Positions 1-11,273 of a DNA stretch of 46,253 bases are shown here, in pieces. The stretch is from a virus (taxonomy: Duplodnaviria; Heunggongvirae; Uroviricota; Caudoviricetes). The notes beneath the pieces are model-generated. The model saw only the letters and a list, made by a program, of their open reading frames with translations, was not told the origin of the DNA and made no database searches. The DNA is taken from IMG/VR virus record IMGVR_UViG_2721755496_000003, positions 1 through 46,253 of that record; one strand, given 5' to 3'. The position numbers and the translations under genes were made by a program. Position 1 is the first letter of the stretch. Each line of letters opens with the position of its first letter.

Positions 1-609
1 TCAGCTTGCAGGCCATCCGATAACATAACTGCGGATCGCCTTCAGCTCTGTCAGCGCTTCAACCTCTGCTTTCATCTGAAGCTGACGTGTATTAATCTCC
101 ACACCTTTCGCAAACATCGCCTGCTCTGTCGCATCTGCCAGCGCAATTATCTCCGCCGCCGTTACCGGCACCACATTATTATCCCCGTCCGTCCAGGCAA
201 AACATTCCGGAAGACGGTTATTCTCTGCCATCAGGCGTGTCGTGCTTATCCTGGACAACGTCTTCTTGCCGTAATCCCAGTTCCTTCCGTTGAATTCCAT
301 CACGTATTCCATATTCTCCTGCACATCACGCCAGATATTAATCTCTTCCCGTTTCGCCGCCTTTGCCGCTTCAAGTACTGCAGCCGTGGCAACAAAGGCG
401 GTCACACTTCCGTATGTTCCTGCTGTCAGACCAGACCACAAGGCTTTTCCGTGTTCAGTATTATCCGTTTCCGTTGCGGTATACGGCAGCCATACCGGCT
501 CTCCTTTTTCATTGACCGCATCTTCAAACTGCACCTCACAGTTTATCCCGCCGTATTCGTTGTAGGCTGCATTTCGTACTGCAATAATCTCTTTTCCCTT
601 ATCCACCAT
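1..609 (-). CDS. Tail-fibre accessory protein (Tfa-like assembly/chaperone candidate) immediately downstream of stf; stop codon is the first 3 nt of the window
   Basis: 202-aa ORF in the lambda tfa position, start 8 nt after the stf stop; C-terminal helical region ending ...GWPAS loosely resembles the Tfa C-terminus; no confident family match. Confidence 0.4.
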   Translation of the reverse strand: MVDKGKEIIAVRNAAYNEYGGINCEVQFEDAVNEKGEPVWLPYTATETDNTEHGKALWSGLTAGTYGSVTAFVATAAVLEAAKAAKREEINIWRDVQENMEYVMEFNGRNWDYGKKTLSRISTTRLMAENNRLPECFAWTDGDNNVVPVTAAEIIALADATEQAMFAKGVEINTRQLQMKAEVEALTELKAIRSYVIGWPAS

Positions 610-616
610 GACCTCC

Positions 617-1810
617 TCATGATATGCGCTGAAATAATCCTGCCTGTCTTGTACCTGCAGCAGATGTCCATATTACCGGACCACATGCACGCCACGTGCC
701 CGGTAAACGGGTATCCCCCACACGAGAGGAAGCAATCAGAGGAGTTCCATCCGAAAGGCAACATGCAGACAGTGATGAGCCGGCAATGGCTGAGCCCGGT
801 GCCATATCCCCTGAATAACTCGTCGCATAATACGCCGCAAGGACAAAAGAACCGACACCAAACAGTCCGCTGTCAGGACTTCCTGACGGTCCCTGTGGTC
901 CTGCCGGGCCTGTGGCTCCCGTATCCCCTTTTGGCCCCTGTGGTCCTGCCGGGCCTGCAGCTCCCGTATCTCCCTTCGGTCCCTGCGGACCTTCCGGACC
1001 TGTAGCTCCCGTGTCTCCCTTTGGCCCCTGAGGTCCTGCCGGACCTGCGGCTCCCGTATCTCCTTTTGGCCCCTGAGGCCCTGCCTGACCTGCGGCTCCC
1101 GTATCCCCTTTCGGTCCCTGTGGACCTGCCGGACCTGTGGCTCCCGTATCACCTTTTTGACCCTGAGGCCCTGCCGGGCCTGCAGCTCCCGTATCCCCTT
1201 TCGGCCCCTGTGGACCTGCCGGGCCTGTATCCCCCTTGTCGCCCTTCGGTCCCTGTGGTCCGCCCGGATCGCCCTGCTCACCTTTCGGACCGGTATCCCC
1301 CTTATCGCCCTTGTCACCTTTATCCCCTTTCGGCCCCGGTGGCCCTGCCGGGCCTGTATCGCCCTTGTCCCCCTTCTGTCCCTGTGGACCAGTTGCTCCG
1401 GTGTCGCCTTTCGGTCCCTGTGGCCCCACGGCAGTTTCGGCTTTCTCAGCAGCTTCTCGCGCCCTGCGCACAGTCTCATCCGCCGCCGCTTCCAGCTTCT
1501 TCAGTGCATCAGGGTAATACGCTGCATCCGTTTCACGGAGCAGAAAGGCATTCAGGGTGCCTGGTTCGTCGTCGGCCATGACATCAATCTCGCCGGCGCA
1601 TGCCGGCTGACGACCTTCCACGCACAAGGTCACACGATAACGCCCCGGCTCAACCTGCATGCTGTAACTGCCAGTTTCGCCTGGCTGGTGCTCTGCCACC
1701 GTGGTGACTATCACCGTCTCGCTGGTTCTCACGGCTTTCAGCTCTATGGTACAGTCCGGTACCGGTTTTCCTGTACCATCCTTCAGCACACCTGAAATCT
1801 GTACTGACAT
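617..1810 (-). CDS. stf: Side tail fibre protein with collagen-like Gly-X-Y repeats
   Basis: N-terminus [17 protein letters not shown]...CTIELKA matches the lambda Stf N-terminal pattern; long ([11 protein letters not shown])n repeat region; position after lom. Confidence 0.65.
   Translation of the reverse strand: MSVQISGVLKDGTGKPVPDCTIELKAVRTSETVIVTTVAEHQPGETGSYSMQVEPGRYRVTLCVEGRQPACAGEIDVMADDEPGTLNAFLLRETDAAYYPDALKKLEAAADETVRRAREAAEKAETAVGPQGPKGDTGATGPQGQKGDKGDTGPAGPPGPKGDKGDKGDKGDTGPKGEQGDPGGPQGPKGDKGDTGPAGPQGPKGDTGAAGPAGPQGQKGDTGATGPAGPQGPKGDTGAAGQAGPQGPKGDTGAAGPAGPQGPKGDTGATGPEGPQGPKGDTGAAGPAGPQGPKGDTGATGPAGPQGPSGSPDSGLFGVGSFVLAAYYATSYSGDMAPGSAIAGSSLSACCLSDGTPLIASSRVGDTRLPGTWRACGPVIWTSAAGTRQAGLFQRIS
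850..1440. repeat. Tandem imperfect nucleotide repeats encoding the collagen-like Gly-X-Y tract of the tail fibre
   Basis: Repeated ggtcctgccgggcctg(t/c)(g/a)gctcccgtatcccctt units visible in the sequence. Confidence 0.6.
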
Positions 1811-1874
1811 ATTCCCCCCACAAAAAAGCCCTCCAGAACCGGCGGGCTGTCATTACTCTGTGTTACCAGGCTAA

Positions 1875-2474
1875 TCAGAATTTATAACCGACCCCCACAA
1901 TGAAACCGTCAGTGCGCCAGTCGCCACTGCCGGAGCCTTCATAAGCAATATCAATGGCCACGGATTCTGTCGGGTTAAACTGCACGCCAGCCCCCCATGC
2001 CAGAGACGTGTTGCTGTAGCGACCATCATCACTTCCGGTCAGCACATCGTGTGTTTTCCCCTTGTTGTCGGTCACCTGGAGATAATATCCGGAAAAGGTG
2101 GATACACGGCTGTAAGCCACACCCGCCATCGCATACAAGCTGAACCCTTCATTCACGCGTACAGACGGTCCCGCCATCATGCTGAACCAACGGTTACGCA
2201 CAGAGTCTTCATGCCAGCGGCTATCACTGTAACGGGTAAGCTGGCGATTCCTGTCTCCTGCATAGCTGAATGACGTCACCAGCCCCAGCGTGTCCGTAAA
2301 TTCATAACGGTATTTCACGTTGAATCCTGTTAAATCATCACTACCGGACATATCAGAATGAATATGAAGATACCCGGTACTCAGTGTGGAGGGATGTTCT
2401 GCTGCACCTGCGGGCGCACCCGCAGCAACCAGCCAGACGACTGCAGACAAAATAACAGTACATAATTTACGCAT
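1875..2474 (-). CDS. lom: Lom-family outer membrane protein (Ail/Lom beta-barrel)
   Basis: Signal peptide plus C-terminal ...[27 protein letters not shown], identical in pattern to the lambda Lom C-terminus; located after J. Confidence 0.75.
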   Translation of the reverse strand: MRKLCTVILSAVVWLVAAGAPAGAAEHPSTLSTGYLHIHSDMSGSDDLTGFNVKYRYEFTDTLGLVTSFSYAGDRNRQLTRYSDSRWHEDSVRNRWFSMMAGPSVRVNEGFSLYAMAGVAYSRVSTFSGYYLQVTDNKGKTHDVLTGSDDGRYSNTSLAWGAGVQFNPTESVAIDIAYEGSGSGDWRTDGFIVGVGYKF

Positions 2475-2606
2475 AATTACCTCTCGCTTTTCTGCAATAA
2501 AAAAGGCGCCATTTCTGGCACCTAATCTGGGTTATAAAAATGTCAACGGATACTGCAGCCTGAAACCCCGGCTACTTTGCCGGTAGTTGCGGCATATTCA
2601 TCGTGT

Positions 2607-5600
2607 TTACGCCTTCGACATCCAGATAACTGTCACTGCATTACCTGAAACCGACACCGTCACGGGTGTCCCCGCATTAAGCCTGAACACTTTGATCCAG
2701 ATTGTGCTGTAGACAGGTCTGTAACTGCCGCCACCATGCCCCGGACTTCCGCCGCTCCAGACACTGTCTGTCTGCATCCTTGAAAGGATCGCAGAGGAAA
2801 CCGGTGTCTGCTCGTTACCGTTAAAGTACAGGTGTTCAGCACTACCCAGCATCACCAGATTCATGGTAAATACCTGAGCCGGTATATACACACTGTTACC
2901 GTTAAGCACATACGTCTTCGCAATATCTCCGGTTATCTGTGCTGCAGATAAATTTCCCTTAATCACACAGTCCTGGTTTATCGTCACATTGTTGAGCGTG
3001 CCTGAACTGGCGGTGATACTGCCGCTGATATCCGCATTTTTAGCGGTCAGCTTTCCGTCCGGAGTCAGGGAAAATGCAGGGGGATTACCGCCGCTGGTAA
3101 TGGTGGGAGCCGTCAGGCGTTTCAGGAACACGTCGTTCATGAATATCTGATCGCCCTGTGCCACAAACATCGGCGTTGAGTTACCGTTTGCCTGGTCAAT
3201 AAACGCGATACGGTTGGCGGCGACAAGAAACTCGCTCAGTTTTCCTTCTTCCGTCTCCTCCATGCTGAGGCCAATCCCGGCAACATAATGTTTACCGTCT
3301 TCGGTCTGCTCAATTTTGACGCCCCACATGGCATTCCATTTATCGTTAGCGTCTTTCCACTGTTTCGAGAACTCATCAAGCCTGCTGGCGTTATCCTCTG
3401 TCAGTTCGAAATTCTCCAGCAGTTCCCTGCCAAGATGCGTTTTATTAATCAGCCCCTTGTAAAAATTCAGATAACCTTCCGCATCATCGCTGGGCTGACC
3501 GACGGCCTCCACAAATGCCGACTTACCCACGGTGTTAACACTGCGAACGTAAAAATAATAATCATGGCCTGGCCTGATATTGATACTGGCGGCTATCCAG
3601 TACAGCGCCGTGCCAAGATAGCGGGCTGTGGTTTCAACCTGCCTGATTTCCGCAATCCGCTTTTCCGAGAACCAGAACTCAAACTGTACCGTCGGATCAT
3701 AAACGGCAAGATGCGGCGTGGCGGTTATCTGAAAATAGCCCGGCGTCAGCTCAATCCGCGACGGCGCTGCCGGTGCGGCAATCCGGAACGATACCGATGC
3801 CGGATCGCCCTGTTGCCCCCAGGCATTTACCGCCCGGACTGTCAGCCTGTAGTTTCCCAGCGCCAGTTGCGTGAAGCGGTATGTGGTTTCCGTCGTCCGG
3901 GCCGTGCTGACCAGCCGCTCACTGCCGTCATCCGCTGCCACGGTCAGGCGAAGCAGGAAGCTCACCCCCTTCACCACCTTCGGCGTGTCCCATCGCGCCA
4001 GCACCTGATATTCCCCGCTGTCTGCGGTGACTTCGGCGGTCAGGTGCTGCACCGCTGGCGGCGTGACACCATTCACCGTGCCGCTCTGGTCGCCGTCAAA
4101 GTGCGCCCCGTTATCCACGATGGCCTCTTTTTCCGGTACATGCTGCACGGCGGTGATGGCATACGTGCCGTCGTCGTTCTCACGGATACTCACGCAGCGG
4201 AACAGGCGCTGGCGCAGCGTCGGCAGCTTCAGCCCCCACACGCTGTATTCAGCAACACCGTCAGGAACACGGCTCACTTTCACCTTCACGCCGTCGGTGA
4301 CGGACTGAACCTCCACGCTGACCGGATTGCCACTTCCGTCAACCAGGCTTATCAGCGTGGTACCGGAGGATGGCAGAGTGATTTCACGGTCGAGCGTCAG
4401 CGTCCGGGTCTGGCTGTTTACCGCCAGCACGCGCCCGCCGATGCTGATACCGGCATAGTCATCATCGCAGATTTCAATGACATCGCCCGGTACATGGCGA
4501 AGCCCTTCAGCACCCACGCTGAAATCCACGGTCTGCGTCTCCAGCAGTTCCGTTTTAATCAGCCACAGCCCGGCGCGGTGTGCCTGCCCCCGGCTGGTAC
4601 AGCCAAAGGCATCCATCTTCGTGACATTACGACCGTAACGGGCAATGGCCTGCGTATCTTCAACAAGCTCTGTCGCCGTCTCCCAGCCGTTGTTCGGGTC
4701 AATCCAGTTCACCTCAACGGCATTATGGCGGTCCTTCAGGGCGCTGAAGCTGTAGCGGAACGGCGCGCCATCATCCGGCATCACCACATTACTGCGGTTA
4801 TAGGTCCACACCTTATCTGATGGTCGGTCCTGCACGAACGTCAGCGTCTGCCCGTTCCATACCGGCATACAGCGCATCGCCGAGCAGAAATCACTGAGCA
4901 CATCCCACGCCTTGCGCTGTGTGCTCAGGTACGCATTACAGGTGATGCGCGGCTCCGTGCCGCCAAAGCCGTCCGGCACTGACTGGTCGCAGTACTGGCC
5001 GATGACATACAACGCCCATTTGTCCACATCCGCCGCACCAAGACGTTTTCCCATGCCGTAGCGCGGATGGGTCAGCATATCCCACAGACACCAGGCCGGG
5101 TTGTTGCTGTATGCCGGTTTAAACGTTCCGTCCCAGATACCGCTGTATTGCCGCGTCTGCGGGTTATAATTCGACGGCACCTGCAGAATACGCCCGCGCA
5201 GATGATAATTACGGCTCACCTGCTGGCTGCCGAACTGCTCCGAATCCACCTGCACGCCGACCAGTGCCGTGTTCGGGTAGCTCTGTTTCACATCGATGAT
5301 TTCGGTGTATGACGACCAGAGCGTTTTGTTCTGCAGCTGCTCTGTGGTGCTGTCCGGCGTCATTCTGCGCATCCGGATATTAAACGGGCGCGGCGGCAGG
5401 TTATCCACCACCACCGAGGCCAGATACTGCGAGGTGGTTTTGCCCTTAATGGTGATGTCTTTTTCCGTCACCCAGCCACCGTTACGCTGTATCTGAACCA
5501 GCAGGCGGACTTCCGACGGATTCCGGTCCCCCTTTGAGGTGGTTTCCACCAGTGCCTGCACACCGAAGGTAAAGCGCAGACGGTCGATGTTTGCCGACGT

Positions 5601-5912
5601 GATGGTCCGGGTAATCGGCGTGTCGTACTTCACTTCCGTACCCAGCACCGTCTCGGAGCCGGAGGATTCAAATCCCTCCGGCGGTGTCTGCTCCTGCTCA
5701 CCTGCCCGGAAAACCACCGTGACACCGGAGATATTGGTATTCTCCTCACTGTCCAGCACCGGTGTACTGTTCAGCAGCACGCTTTTTAATCCATCCACCG
5801 GACCTTCAACCGGCCCTTCGCTGATGGCATCAATCACACTCAGTAACTGTGTGGATTTCAGGTTGTCCTTCGCTTCGCGTGGGGTATGCCCCTTACTGCT
5901 GCCTTTACCCAT
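2607..5912 (-). CDS. J: Tail tip/host specificity protein J (central tail fibre), with a C-terminal receptor-binding region that differs from lambda J
   Basis: 1101 aa; N-terminal about 950 aa near-identical to lambda J as recalled ([34 protein letters not shown]...); last about 150 aa diverge. Confidence 0.9.
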   Translation of the reverse strand: MGKGSSKGHTPREAKDNLKSTQLLSVIDAISEGPVEGPVDGLKSVLLNSTPVLDSEENTNISGVTVVFRAGEQEQTPPEGFESSGSETVLGTEVKYDTPITRTITSANIDRLRFTFGVQALVETTSKGDRNPSEVRLLVQIQRNGGWVTEKDITIKGKTTSQYLASVVVDNLPPRPFNIRMRRMTPDSTTEQLQNKTLWSSYTEIIDVKQSYPNTALVGVQVDSEQFGSQQVSRNYHLRGRILQVPSNYNPQTRQYSGIWDGTFKPAYSNNPAWCLWDMLTHPRYGMGKRLGAADVDKWALYVIGQYCDQSVPDGFGGTEPRITCNAYLSTQRKAWDVLSDFCSAMRCMPVWNGQTLTFVQDRPSDKVWTYNRSNVVMPDDGAPFRYSFSALKDRHNAVEVNWIDPNNGWETATELVEDTQAIARYGRNVTKMDAFGCTSRGQAHRAGLWLIKTELLETQTVDFSVGAEGLRHVPGDVIEICDDDYAGISIGGRVLAVNSQTRTLTLDREITLPSSGTTLISLVDGSGNPVSVEVQSVTDGVKVKVSRVPDGVAEYSVWGLKLPTLRQRLFRCVSIRENDDGTYAITAVQHVPEKEAIVDNGAHFDGDQSGTVNGVTPPAVQHLTAEVTADSGEYQVLARWDTPKVVKGVSFLLRLTVAADDGSERLVSTARTTETTYRFTQLALGNYRLTVRAVNAWGQQGDPASVSFRIAAPAAPSRIELTPGYFQITATPHLAVYDPTVQFEFWFSEKRIAEIRQVETTARYLGTALYWIAASINIRPGHDYYFYVRSVNTVGKSAFVEAVGQPSDDAEGYLNFYKGLINKTHLGRELLENFELTEDNASRLDEFSKQWKDANDKWNAMWGVKIEQTEDGKHYVAGIGLSMEETEEGKLSEFLVAANRIAFIDQANGNSTPMFVAQGDQIFMNDVFLKRLTAPTITSGGNPPAFSLTPDGKLTAKNADISGSITASSGTLNNVTINQDCVIKGNLSAAQITGDIAKTYVLNGNSVYIPAQVFTMNLVMLGSAEHLYFNGNEQTPVSSAILSRMQTDSVWSGGSPGHGGGSYRPVYSTIWIKVFRLNAGTPVTVSVSGNAVTVIWMSKA

Positions 5913-5972
5913 TCCTCACGCTCCATAAACGACAAAACCGCCCGGAGGCGGTTTCACATAAAACATTTTGCA

Positions 5973-6614
5973 TCAGCGACCAATCACCACAACCTGACCA
6001 CCATCCCCTTCGTCTGCCGTGCTGATCACCTGAGATACCACACGTGACCCCACGCGCATTTCACCGTACAGAACAGGCAGGACATTGCCCTGGGCAACCA
6101 TGTTATCCAGTGAGGAGAAATAGGTGTTCTGTTTGCCGTTATCCGTTGTCTGTGTACGGGGAGTTCTGGGTTTAGGAGCCAGCATCTGTGCAACACCACC
6201 AAGCGTCATCGCTGCCCCCATAGAAAAGAGGATGTCACTGAAAGCGATACTGATTCCCGGCATCCAGATTGCCGTTGCAATCAGCGCCGCACCCAGCACC
6301 GCCTGAAATACACCACCACTTTTAGCACCCGCCAGACGCGGTACGATGTGGATCACGGCACCATTTGCCAACGGCTCATTAAGACGGACTGATAATTCCG
6401 TTTCACCTGCATCACGCCCGGCAATGCGCACCTGATACCAGCCGTCGCTCAGTTTCTGACGAAACGCCGGGAGCTGTGTGGCCAGTGCGCGGATGGCTTC
6501 AGCCCCCGTTTTCACACGAAGGTCGATGCGGCGACCAAATCGTTGTAAATCCCCGTAAAGGCAGATGCGCGCCATGCCCGGTGACGCCAGAGGGAGTGTG
6601 TGCGTCGCTGCCAT
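5973..6614 (-). CDS. I: Tail assembly protein I
   Basis: 213 aa, lambda order, overlaps K as in lambda. Confidence 0.8.
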   Translation of the reverse strand: MAATHTLPLASPGMARICLYGDLQRFGRRIDLRVKTGAEAIRALATQLPAFRQKLSDGWYQVRIAGRDAGETELSVRLNEPLANGAVIHIVPRLAGAKSGGVFQAVLGAALIATAIWMPGISIAFSDILFSMGAAMTLGGVAQMLAPKPRTPRTQTTDNGKQNTYFSSLDNMVAQGNVLPVLYGEMRVGSRVVSQVISTADEGDGGQVVVIGR

Positions 6615-7255
6615 TTGTCGGTGTACCTCTCTCGTTTGCTCAGTTGTTCAGGAATATGGTGCAGCAGCTCGCCGTCGCCGCAGTAAATTGCGGCGTGATT
6701 CGGCACCGATGAACCAAAACAGCACAGCAGCACATCGCCCGGCTGTGCCGCTGACAACGGCACCTGATACAGCCCCGTCGCCTCCAGATTATCCAGATAG
6801 AGATTCTGGCCGTTACGCCACCAGTCATCCTCACGATGAAAGTCCGGCATCTCAATCCCCGCCAGATGATAAGCATCCCGGAACAGTGTGTAACAGTCCG
6901 TCACACCGTGCTCAAAGCGCCGCCCGGTGAGATGCGGCACACAGCGGAACTTATGAATCGTCCCCCGGCAGACCAGCCACCACGGCAAATCACTCTGCAC
7001 CTGCAGCCGCCGGTCGGCCTCACTCAGCCAGGGCAGACCACCGGGGTGGCTGTGGACCAGCGCCACAATCTCACCCTGCATTTCTGCCTGCAGCCAGTCT
7101 TCCGGCGACATACGGAAATACGCCTCCGGCTCACCGGAGATATTCACGCAGGGGAAATATCTTTCCCCCTCCGGCGTGCTTACCACGAAGCCGCACGACT
7201 CCGCTGGCGCACATCGCCGGGCGTGCGCCAGAATCGCTGATTCTGTCTGTGTCAT
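6512..7255 (-). CDS. K: Tail assembly protein K (NlpC/P60-JAB-like)
   Basis: Position between L and I; HSHP motif region; start not verified. Confidence 0.75.
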   Translation of the reverse strand: MTQTESAILAHARRCAPAESCGFVVSTPEGERYFPCVNISGEPEAYFRMSPEDWLQAEMQGEIVALVHSHPGGLPWLSEADRRLQVQSDLPWWLVCRGTIHKFRCVPHLTGRRFEHGVTDCYTLFRDAYHLAGIEMPDFHREDDWWRNGQNLYLDNLEATGLYQVPLSAAQPGDVLLCCFGSSVPNHAAIYCGDGELLHHIPEQLSKRERYTDKWQRRTHSLWRHRAWRASAFTGIYNDLVAASTFV

Positions 7256-7260
7256 GGGAT

Positions 7261-7959
7261 TTACTGCGAAAGTTTGTTAATGGAAAGGAAGCCGCCAAAG
7301 TTGCCGACGTTATTGCGGAACTTACAACCGCTCAGGCATTTGCTGCATTTATCCTTCGTGATATCGGACGTTGGCTGGTCATATTCATCCGCGACAGCCG
7401 GACCGCTATAACCGCACTCGTCACCGCGATAGGTCCAGGTGCAGGTGTTGGCCAGCATGATACGTCCCGGAAAAACAGCGCCATCCGTTTCCGTCGGCGT
7501 GGACAGTACAAAGGAGGCACTCACCGCGCTCAGTTCGCTGCACTGCTCAATGCGCCAGCGGCTGATCACCTCCTGCTCCGGATCGGCGTAACTGTTTCCG
7601 TTGACGAAGTTCACCGCATCCAGAAAACGGGCGTAAACCTTACGCCGGACCACCGTTCCGCCGACCAGACTCTGCATATCTTCCGCCATCCCGGTGACCA
7701 TACCGTACAGGTTAGAAACCGTCAGCGTGGGGCGCGTACTGGTGCCTTTGCCATTCAGTTCAAAACCGCTCCCCTGAATGGGATACGGCTGATACTGTCG
7801 CCCCTGCCAGGTGACCGGCTCACCTTTTTCGTTCTGCTCATTACAGAAAAAATAACGTTCTCCACCGACCTCTGTCAGGTCGATTTCCCAGAGCACCACG
7901 CTGGCCGACTGCTCCGCACGGGTGCATTCATTCAGTGTTTCCTGCCGGATATCCTGCAT
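7261..7959 (-). CDS. L: Minor tail protein L
   Basis: 232 aa, matches lambda L length and order. Confidence 0.8.
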   Translation of the reverse strand: MQDIRQETLNECTRAEQSASVVLWEIDLTEVGGERYFFCNEQNEKGEPVTWQGRQYQPYPIQGSGFELNGKGTSTRPTLTVSNLYGMVTGMAEDMQSLVGGTVVRRKVYARFLDAVNFVNGNSYADPEQEVISRWRIEQCSELSAVSASFVLSTPTETDGAVFPGRIMLANTCTWTYRGDECGYSGPAVADEYDQPTSDITKDKCSKCLSGCKFRNNVGNFGGFLSINKLSQ

Positions 7960-8288
7960 CAGTTCACCACCTGTTCAAACTCTGCGCTGAACTCAACACG
8001 CAGCATACTGACCCGCGACGACCATTTTGCGCAGGTCACCTTTATCTGCCGCCACTCATAAGGCGGCGTCCACAGAAAGGATTTCCAGCCCCCGTGCTCT
8101 TCCAGAAACGACTCCAGTACCGTGGCCTCCTCACGGGGGACAGAAAGCGTCACGCTGTACGTTTTCAGGTTGGCATTCAGCCCGGCAGGCGCTCGCTGGG
8201 AATAGCCATCACCAAAGCGCACCTTTCTTACAGAAGGGACCGAAGCCACATCCATACCGGGTTTCACTTTCCAGCGGAAGGTCTTCAT
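7959..8288 (-). CDS. M: Minor tail protein M
   Basis: 109 aa, lambda order, coupled to H and L. Confidence 0.8.
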   Translation of the reverse strand: MKTFRWKVKPGMDVASVPSVRKVRFGDGYSQRAPAGLNANLKTYSVTLSVPREEATVLESFLEEHGGWKSFLWTPPYEWRQIKVTCAKWSSRVSMLRVEFSAEFEQVVN

Positions 8289-10846
8289 CGTCCACCTCCG
8301 GAGAACAGGCCACCATCACGCATCTGTGTCTGAATTTCATCACGGGCACCCTTGCGGGCCATGTCATACACCGCCTTCAGAGCAGCCGGACCTATCTGCC
8401 CGTTCGTGCCGTCGTTGTTAATCACCACATGGTTATTCTGCTCAAACGTCCCGGACGCCTGCGACCGGCTGTCTGCCATGCTGCCCGGTGTACCGACATA
8501 ACCGCCGGTGGCATAGCCGCGCATCAGCCGGTAAAGATTCCCCACGCCAATCCGGCTGGTTGCCTCCTTCGTGAAAACAAACTCACCACGGTGAACAATC
8601 CCCGCTGGCTCATATTTGCCGCCGGTTCCCGTAAATCCTCCGGTTGCAAAATGGAATTTCGCCGCAGCGGCCTGAATGGCTGTACCGCCTGACGCGGATG
8701 CGCCGCCACCAACAGCCCCGCCAATGGCGCTGCCGATACTCCCGACAATCCCCACCATTGCCTGCTTAAGCAGAATTTCTGTCATCATGGACAGCACGGA
8801 ACGGGTGAAGCTGCGCCAGTTCTGCTCACTGCCGGTCAGCATCGCCGCCATATTCTGTGCAATACCATCAAAGGTCTGCGTGGCTGCACTTTTTACCTGC
8901 GACATACTGTCCGTGGCGCTCTCTTCCCACTCACTCCAGCCGGACTTCAGGCCTGCCATCCAGTTCCCGCGAAGCTGGTCTTCAGCCGCCCAGGTCTTTT
9001 TCTGCTCTGACATGACGTTATTCAGCGCCAGCGGATTATCGCCATACTGTTCCTTCAGGCGCTGTTCCGTGGCTTCCCGTTCTGCCTGCCGGTCAGTCAG
9101 CCCCCGGCTTTTCGCATCAATGGCGGCCCGTTTTGCCCGTTGCTGCTGTGCGAATTTATCCGCCTGCTGCGCCAGCGCGTTCAGGCGCTCCTGATACGTA
9201 ACCTTGTCGCCAAGTGCAGCCAGCTGGCGTTTGTACTCCAGCGTCTCATCTTTATGCGCCAGCAGGGATTTCTCCTGTGCAGACAGCTGGCGACGTTGCG
9301 CCGCCTCCTCCAGTACCGCGAACTGACTCTCCGCCTTCCACAAATCCCGGCGCTGCTGGCTGATTTTCTCATTTGCTCCGGCATGCTTCTCCAGCGTCCG
9401 GAGTTCTGCCTGAAGCGTCAGCAGGGCAGCATGAGCACTGTCTTCCTGACGATCGCCCGCAGACACCTTCACGCCGGACTGTTTCGGCTTTTTCAGCGTC
9501 GCTTCATAATCCTTTTTCGCCGCCGCCATCAGCGTGTTGTAATCCGCCTGCAGGATTTTCCCGTCTTTCAGTGCCTTGTTCAGTTCTTCCTGACGGGCGG
9601 TATATTTCTCCAGCGGCGTCTGCAGCCGTTCGTAAGCCTTCTGCGCCTCTTCGGTATATTTCAGCCGTGACGCTTCAGTATCGCTCTGCTGCTGCGCATT
9701 TTTGTCCTGTTGACTCTGCTGTTCAGCCTTCTTTCTCGCGGCTTCAAGCGCAAGACGGGCCTTTTCACGATCATCCCAGTAACGCGCCCGCGCTTCATCG
9801 TTAACAAAATAATCATCCTTGCGCAGACTCCAGATGTCGTCCGCTTTCTTAAACGCAGCCTCTGCCTTAATCAGCATCTCCTGCGCGGTATCAGGACGAC
9901 CAATATCCAGCACCGCATCCCACATGGATTTGAATGCCCGCGCTGTCCTGTCTGCCCAGGTCTCCAGCGTACCCATGTTCTCTTTCAGGCGGCGGGTCTG
10001 GTCATCAAACCCTTTCGTCGCGGCCTCGTTCGCCGCCTGCAATGCCCCGGCTTCATCGCCGGAACGCTGCAACTGAGCAACATACGCAATCTGCTCCGCC
10101 GTCACGTTATGGAACTGGCGTGCCATCGCCGTCAGCCCCGACGTCGGGTCTGTGGTCAGCTTCCCGAAGGCTTCAGCGACCTTGTCCACCTCCACGCCGG
10201 ATGCAGAGGAGAAACGCGCCACACTCTGGCTGATGGACGCAATCTGAGCCTCACCGCTTACCCCCGCCTTAACCAGTGCGCTGAGTGACTCGCTGGTCTG
10301 GTTAAACGTCAGCCCTGCCGCCTGCCCGGCTCTGGACAGGACCAGCATACGATCTGCCGTCAGTCCCGCCTGATTGCCGGAAAGGACCAGCGTTTTGTTG
10401 AAATCGGACAGGGTTGAGTTGCCCTGATACCAGGCATACGCCAGCGCACCGGTCGCCACCGCCAGCGAGGTGGCCCCCACCATCGGCAGGGTGATCGCAC
10501 CGGCAAGCCCCCTGAACATGGGGATCATCCCGCCGAAGGAGTCCTTCACCTGCCCCCCCTGTTGCAGCAGGATCAGCCACGGACTTTGCCCGCCTGCAAG
10601 CTGCGTGGCCACGTCGGTGAACTGTGCAGGCAGCATACGCATGGCGGCTTTATACTGCCCGACGGAAATCCCCGCTTTCTGTGCAGCCAGTGCCTGTCGG
10701 CTCAGCGACTGTTCAACGACTGCCGCTGTTTTTTTCGCATCACTTTCCGTACCGGAAAAATGACGCCTGACTCTGGCCATCTGCTCGTCAAATCTGGCCG
10801 CATCCAGACTTAAATCAACGACCAGATCGCCTACCGGTTCAGCCAT
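8285..10846 (-). CDS. H: Tail tape measure protein H
   Basis: 853 aa (same length as lambda H), coiled-coil-rich, Gly-rich C-terminus. Confidence 0.85.
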   Translation of the reverse strand: MAEPVGDLVVDLSLDAARFDEQMARVRRHFSGTESDAKKTAAVVEQSLSRQALAAQKAGISVGQYKAAMRMLPAQFTDVATQLAGGQSPWLILLQQGGQVKDSFGGMIPMFRGLAGAITLPMVGATSLAVATGALAYAWYQGNSTLSDFNKTLVLSGNQAGLTADRMLVLSRAGQAAGLTFNQTSESLSALVKAGVSGEAQIASISQSVARFSSASGVEVDKVAEAFGKLTTDPTSGLTAMARQFHNVTAEQIAYVAQLQRSGDEAGALQAANEAATKGFDDQTRRLKENMGTLETWADRTARAFKSMWDAVLDIGRPDTAQEMLIKAEAAFKKADDIWSLRKDDYFVNDEARARYWDDREKARLALEAARKKAEQQSQQDKNAQQQSDTEASRLKYTEEAQKAYERLQTPLEKYTARQEELNKALKDGKILQADYNTLMAAAKKDYEATLKKPKQSGVKVSAGDRQEDSAHAALLTLQAELRTLEKHAGANEKISQQRRDLWKAESQFAVLEEAAQRRQLSAQEKSLLAHKDETLEYKRQLAALGDKVTYQERLNALAQQADKFAQQQRAKRAAIDAKSRGLTDRQAEREATEQRLKEQYGDNPLALNNVMSEQKKTWAAEDQLRGNWMAGLKSGWSEWEESATDSMSQVKSAATQTFDGIAQNMAAMLTGSEQNWRSFTRSVLSMMTEILLKQAMVGIVGSIGSAIGGAVGGGASASGGTAIQAAAAKFHFATGGFTGTGGKYEPAGIVHRGEFVFTKEATSRIGVGNLYRLMRGYATGGYVGTPGSMADSRSQASGTFEQNNHVVINNDGTNGQIGPAALKAVYDMARKGARDEIQTQMRDGGLFSGGGR

Positions 10847-11273
10847 ACCGGATTCCTCCTGCGATCCCTTCTGATACTGTCATCAGCATTACGTCATCCT
10901 CCGTCATGTCCGCCACATCCGGGGAAACGGGGATAACTTCATTCCCGTCCGGGCCAAAGCGGACGCCTCCGGCAAGCCCTGTCGCTTTCTGCATCAGCAC
11001 ATCATCTTCAGGCTCTTCGTCAGCCTCGCGCCGGTTCAGCAGACTGAAATCCAGCGGATGCATATCCGGATCGCTGAAAAACAGGCTGAGCACGGTGTAC
11101 GTCAGCCCGGAAAAGTGCATATCCAGCAGAACATCATGAAAATAATGGGTACTGTAAAAGCGGTGCCAGTCGGCATACTCCGTGGATGACATCCCGGCAA
11201 GCATGGCACGCCAGTCGGGTCGCCCCATCTCGCGCGCCAGTTTCAGGGCAAAACTCAGCTCACCGTCGAACAC
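10839..11273 (-). CDS. T: Tail assembly chaperone T frame, expressed as a G-T fusion by -1 programmed frameshift
   Basis: 144-aa ORF overlapping the 3' end of G; GGGAAAG slippery heptamer on the minus strand at 11273-11279. Confidence 0.7.
   Translation of the reverse strand: MFDGELSFALKLAREMGRPDWRAMLAGMSSTEYADWHRFYSTHYFHDVLLDMHFSGLTYTVLSLFFSDPDMHPLDFSLLNRREADEEPEDDVLMQKATGLAGGVRFGPDGNEVIPVSPDVADMTEDDVMLMTVSEGIAGGIRYG

Noticed and set aside
850-1440. Possible CRISPR array suggested by regular repeats
   Set aside because: Repeats are in-frame coding Gly-X-Y units with no unique spacers; there are no cas genes anywhere in the window.
736-1795. Multiple long ORFs in both strands across the tail-fibre gene
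   Set aside because: Generated by the collagen-like tandem repeat, which keeps alternative frames open; only the Gly-X-Y frame with the lambda Stf-like N-terminus is credible.
3288-4820. 510-aa plus-strand ORF (and several shorter ones) inside the J gene
   Set aside because: Lies antisense within a gene whose translation matches lambda J nearly residue for residue; the product is Arg/Pro-rich low-complexity typical of antisense frames in GC-rich coding DNA.
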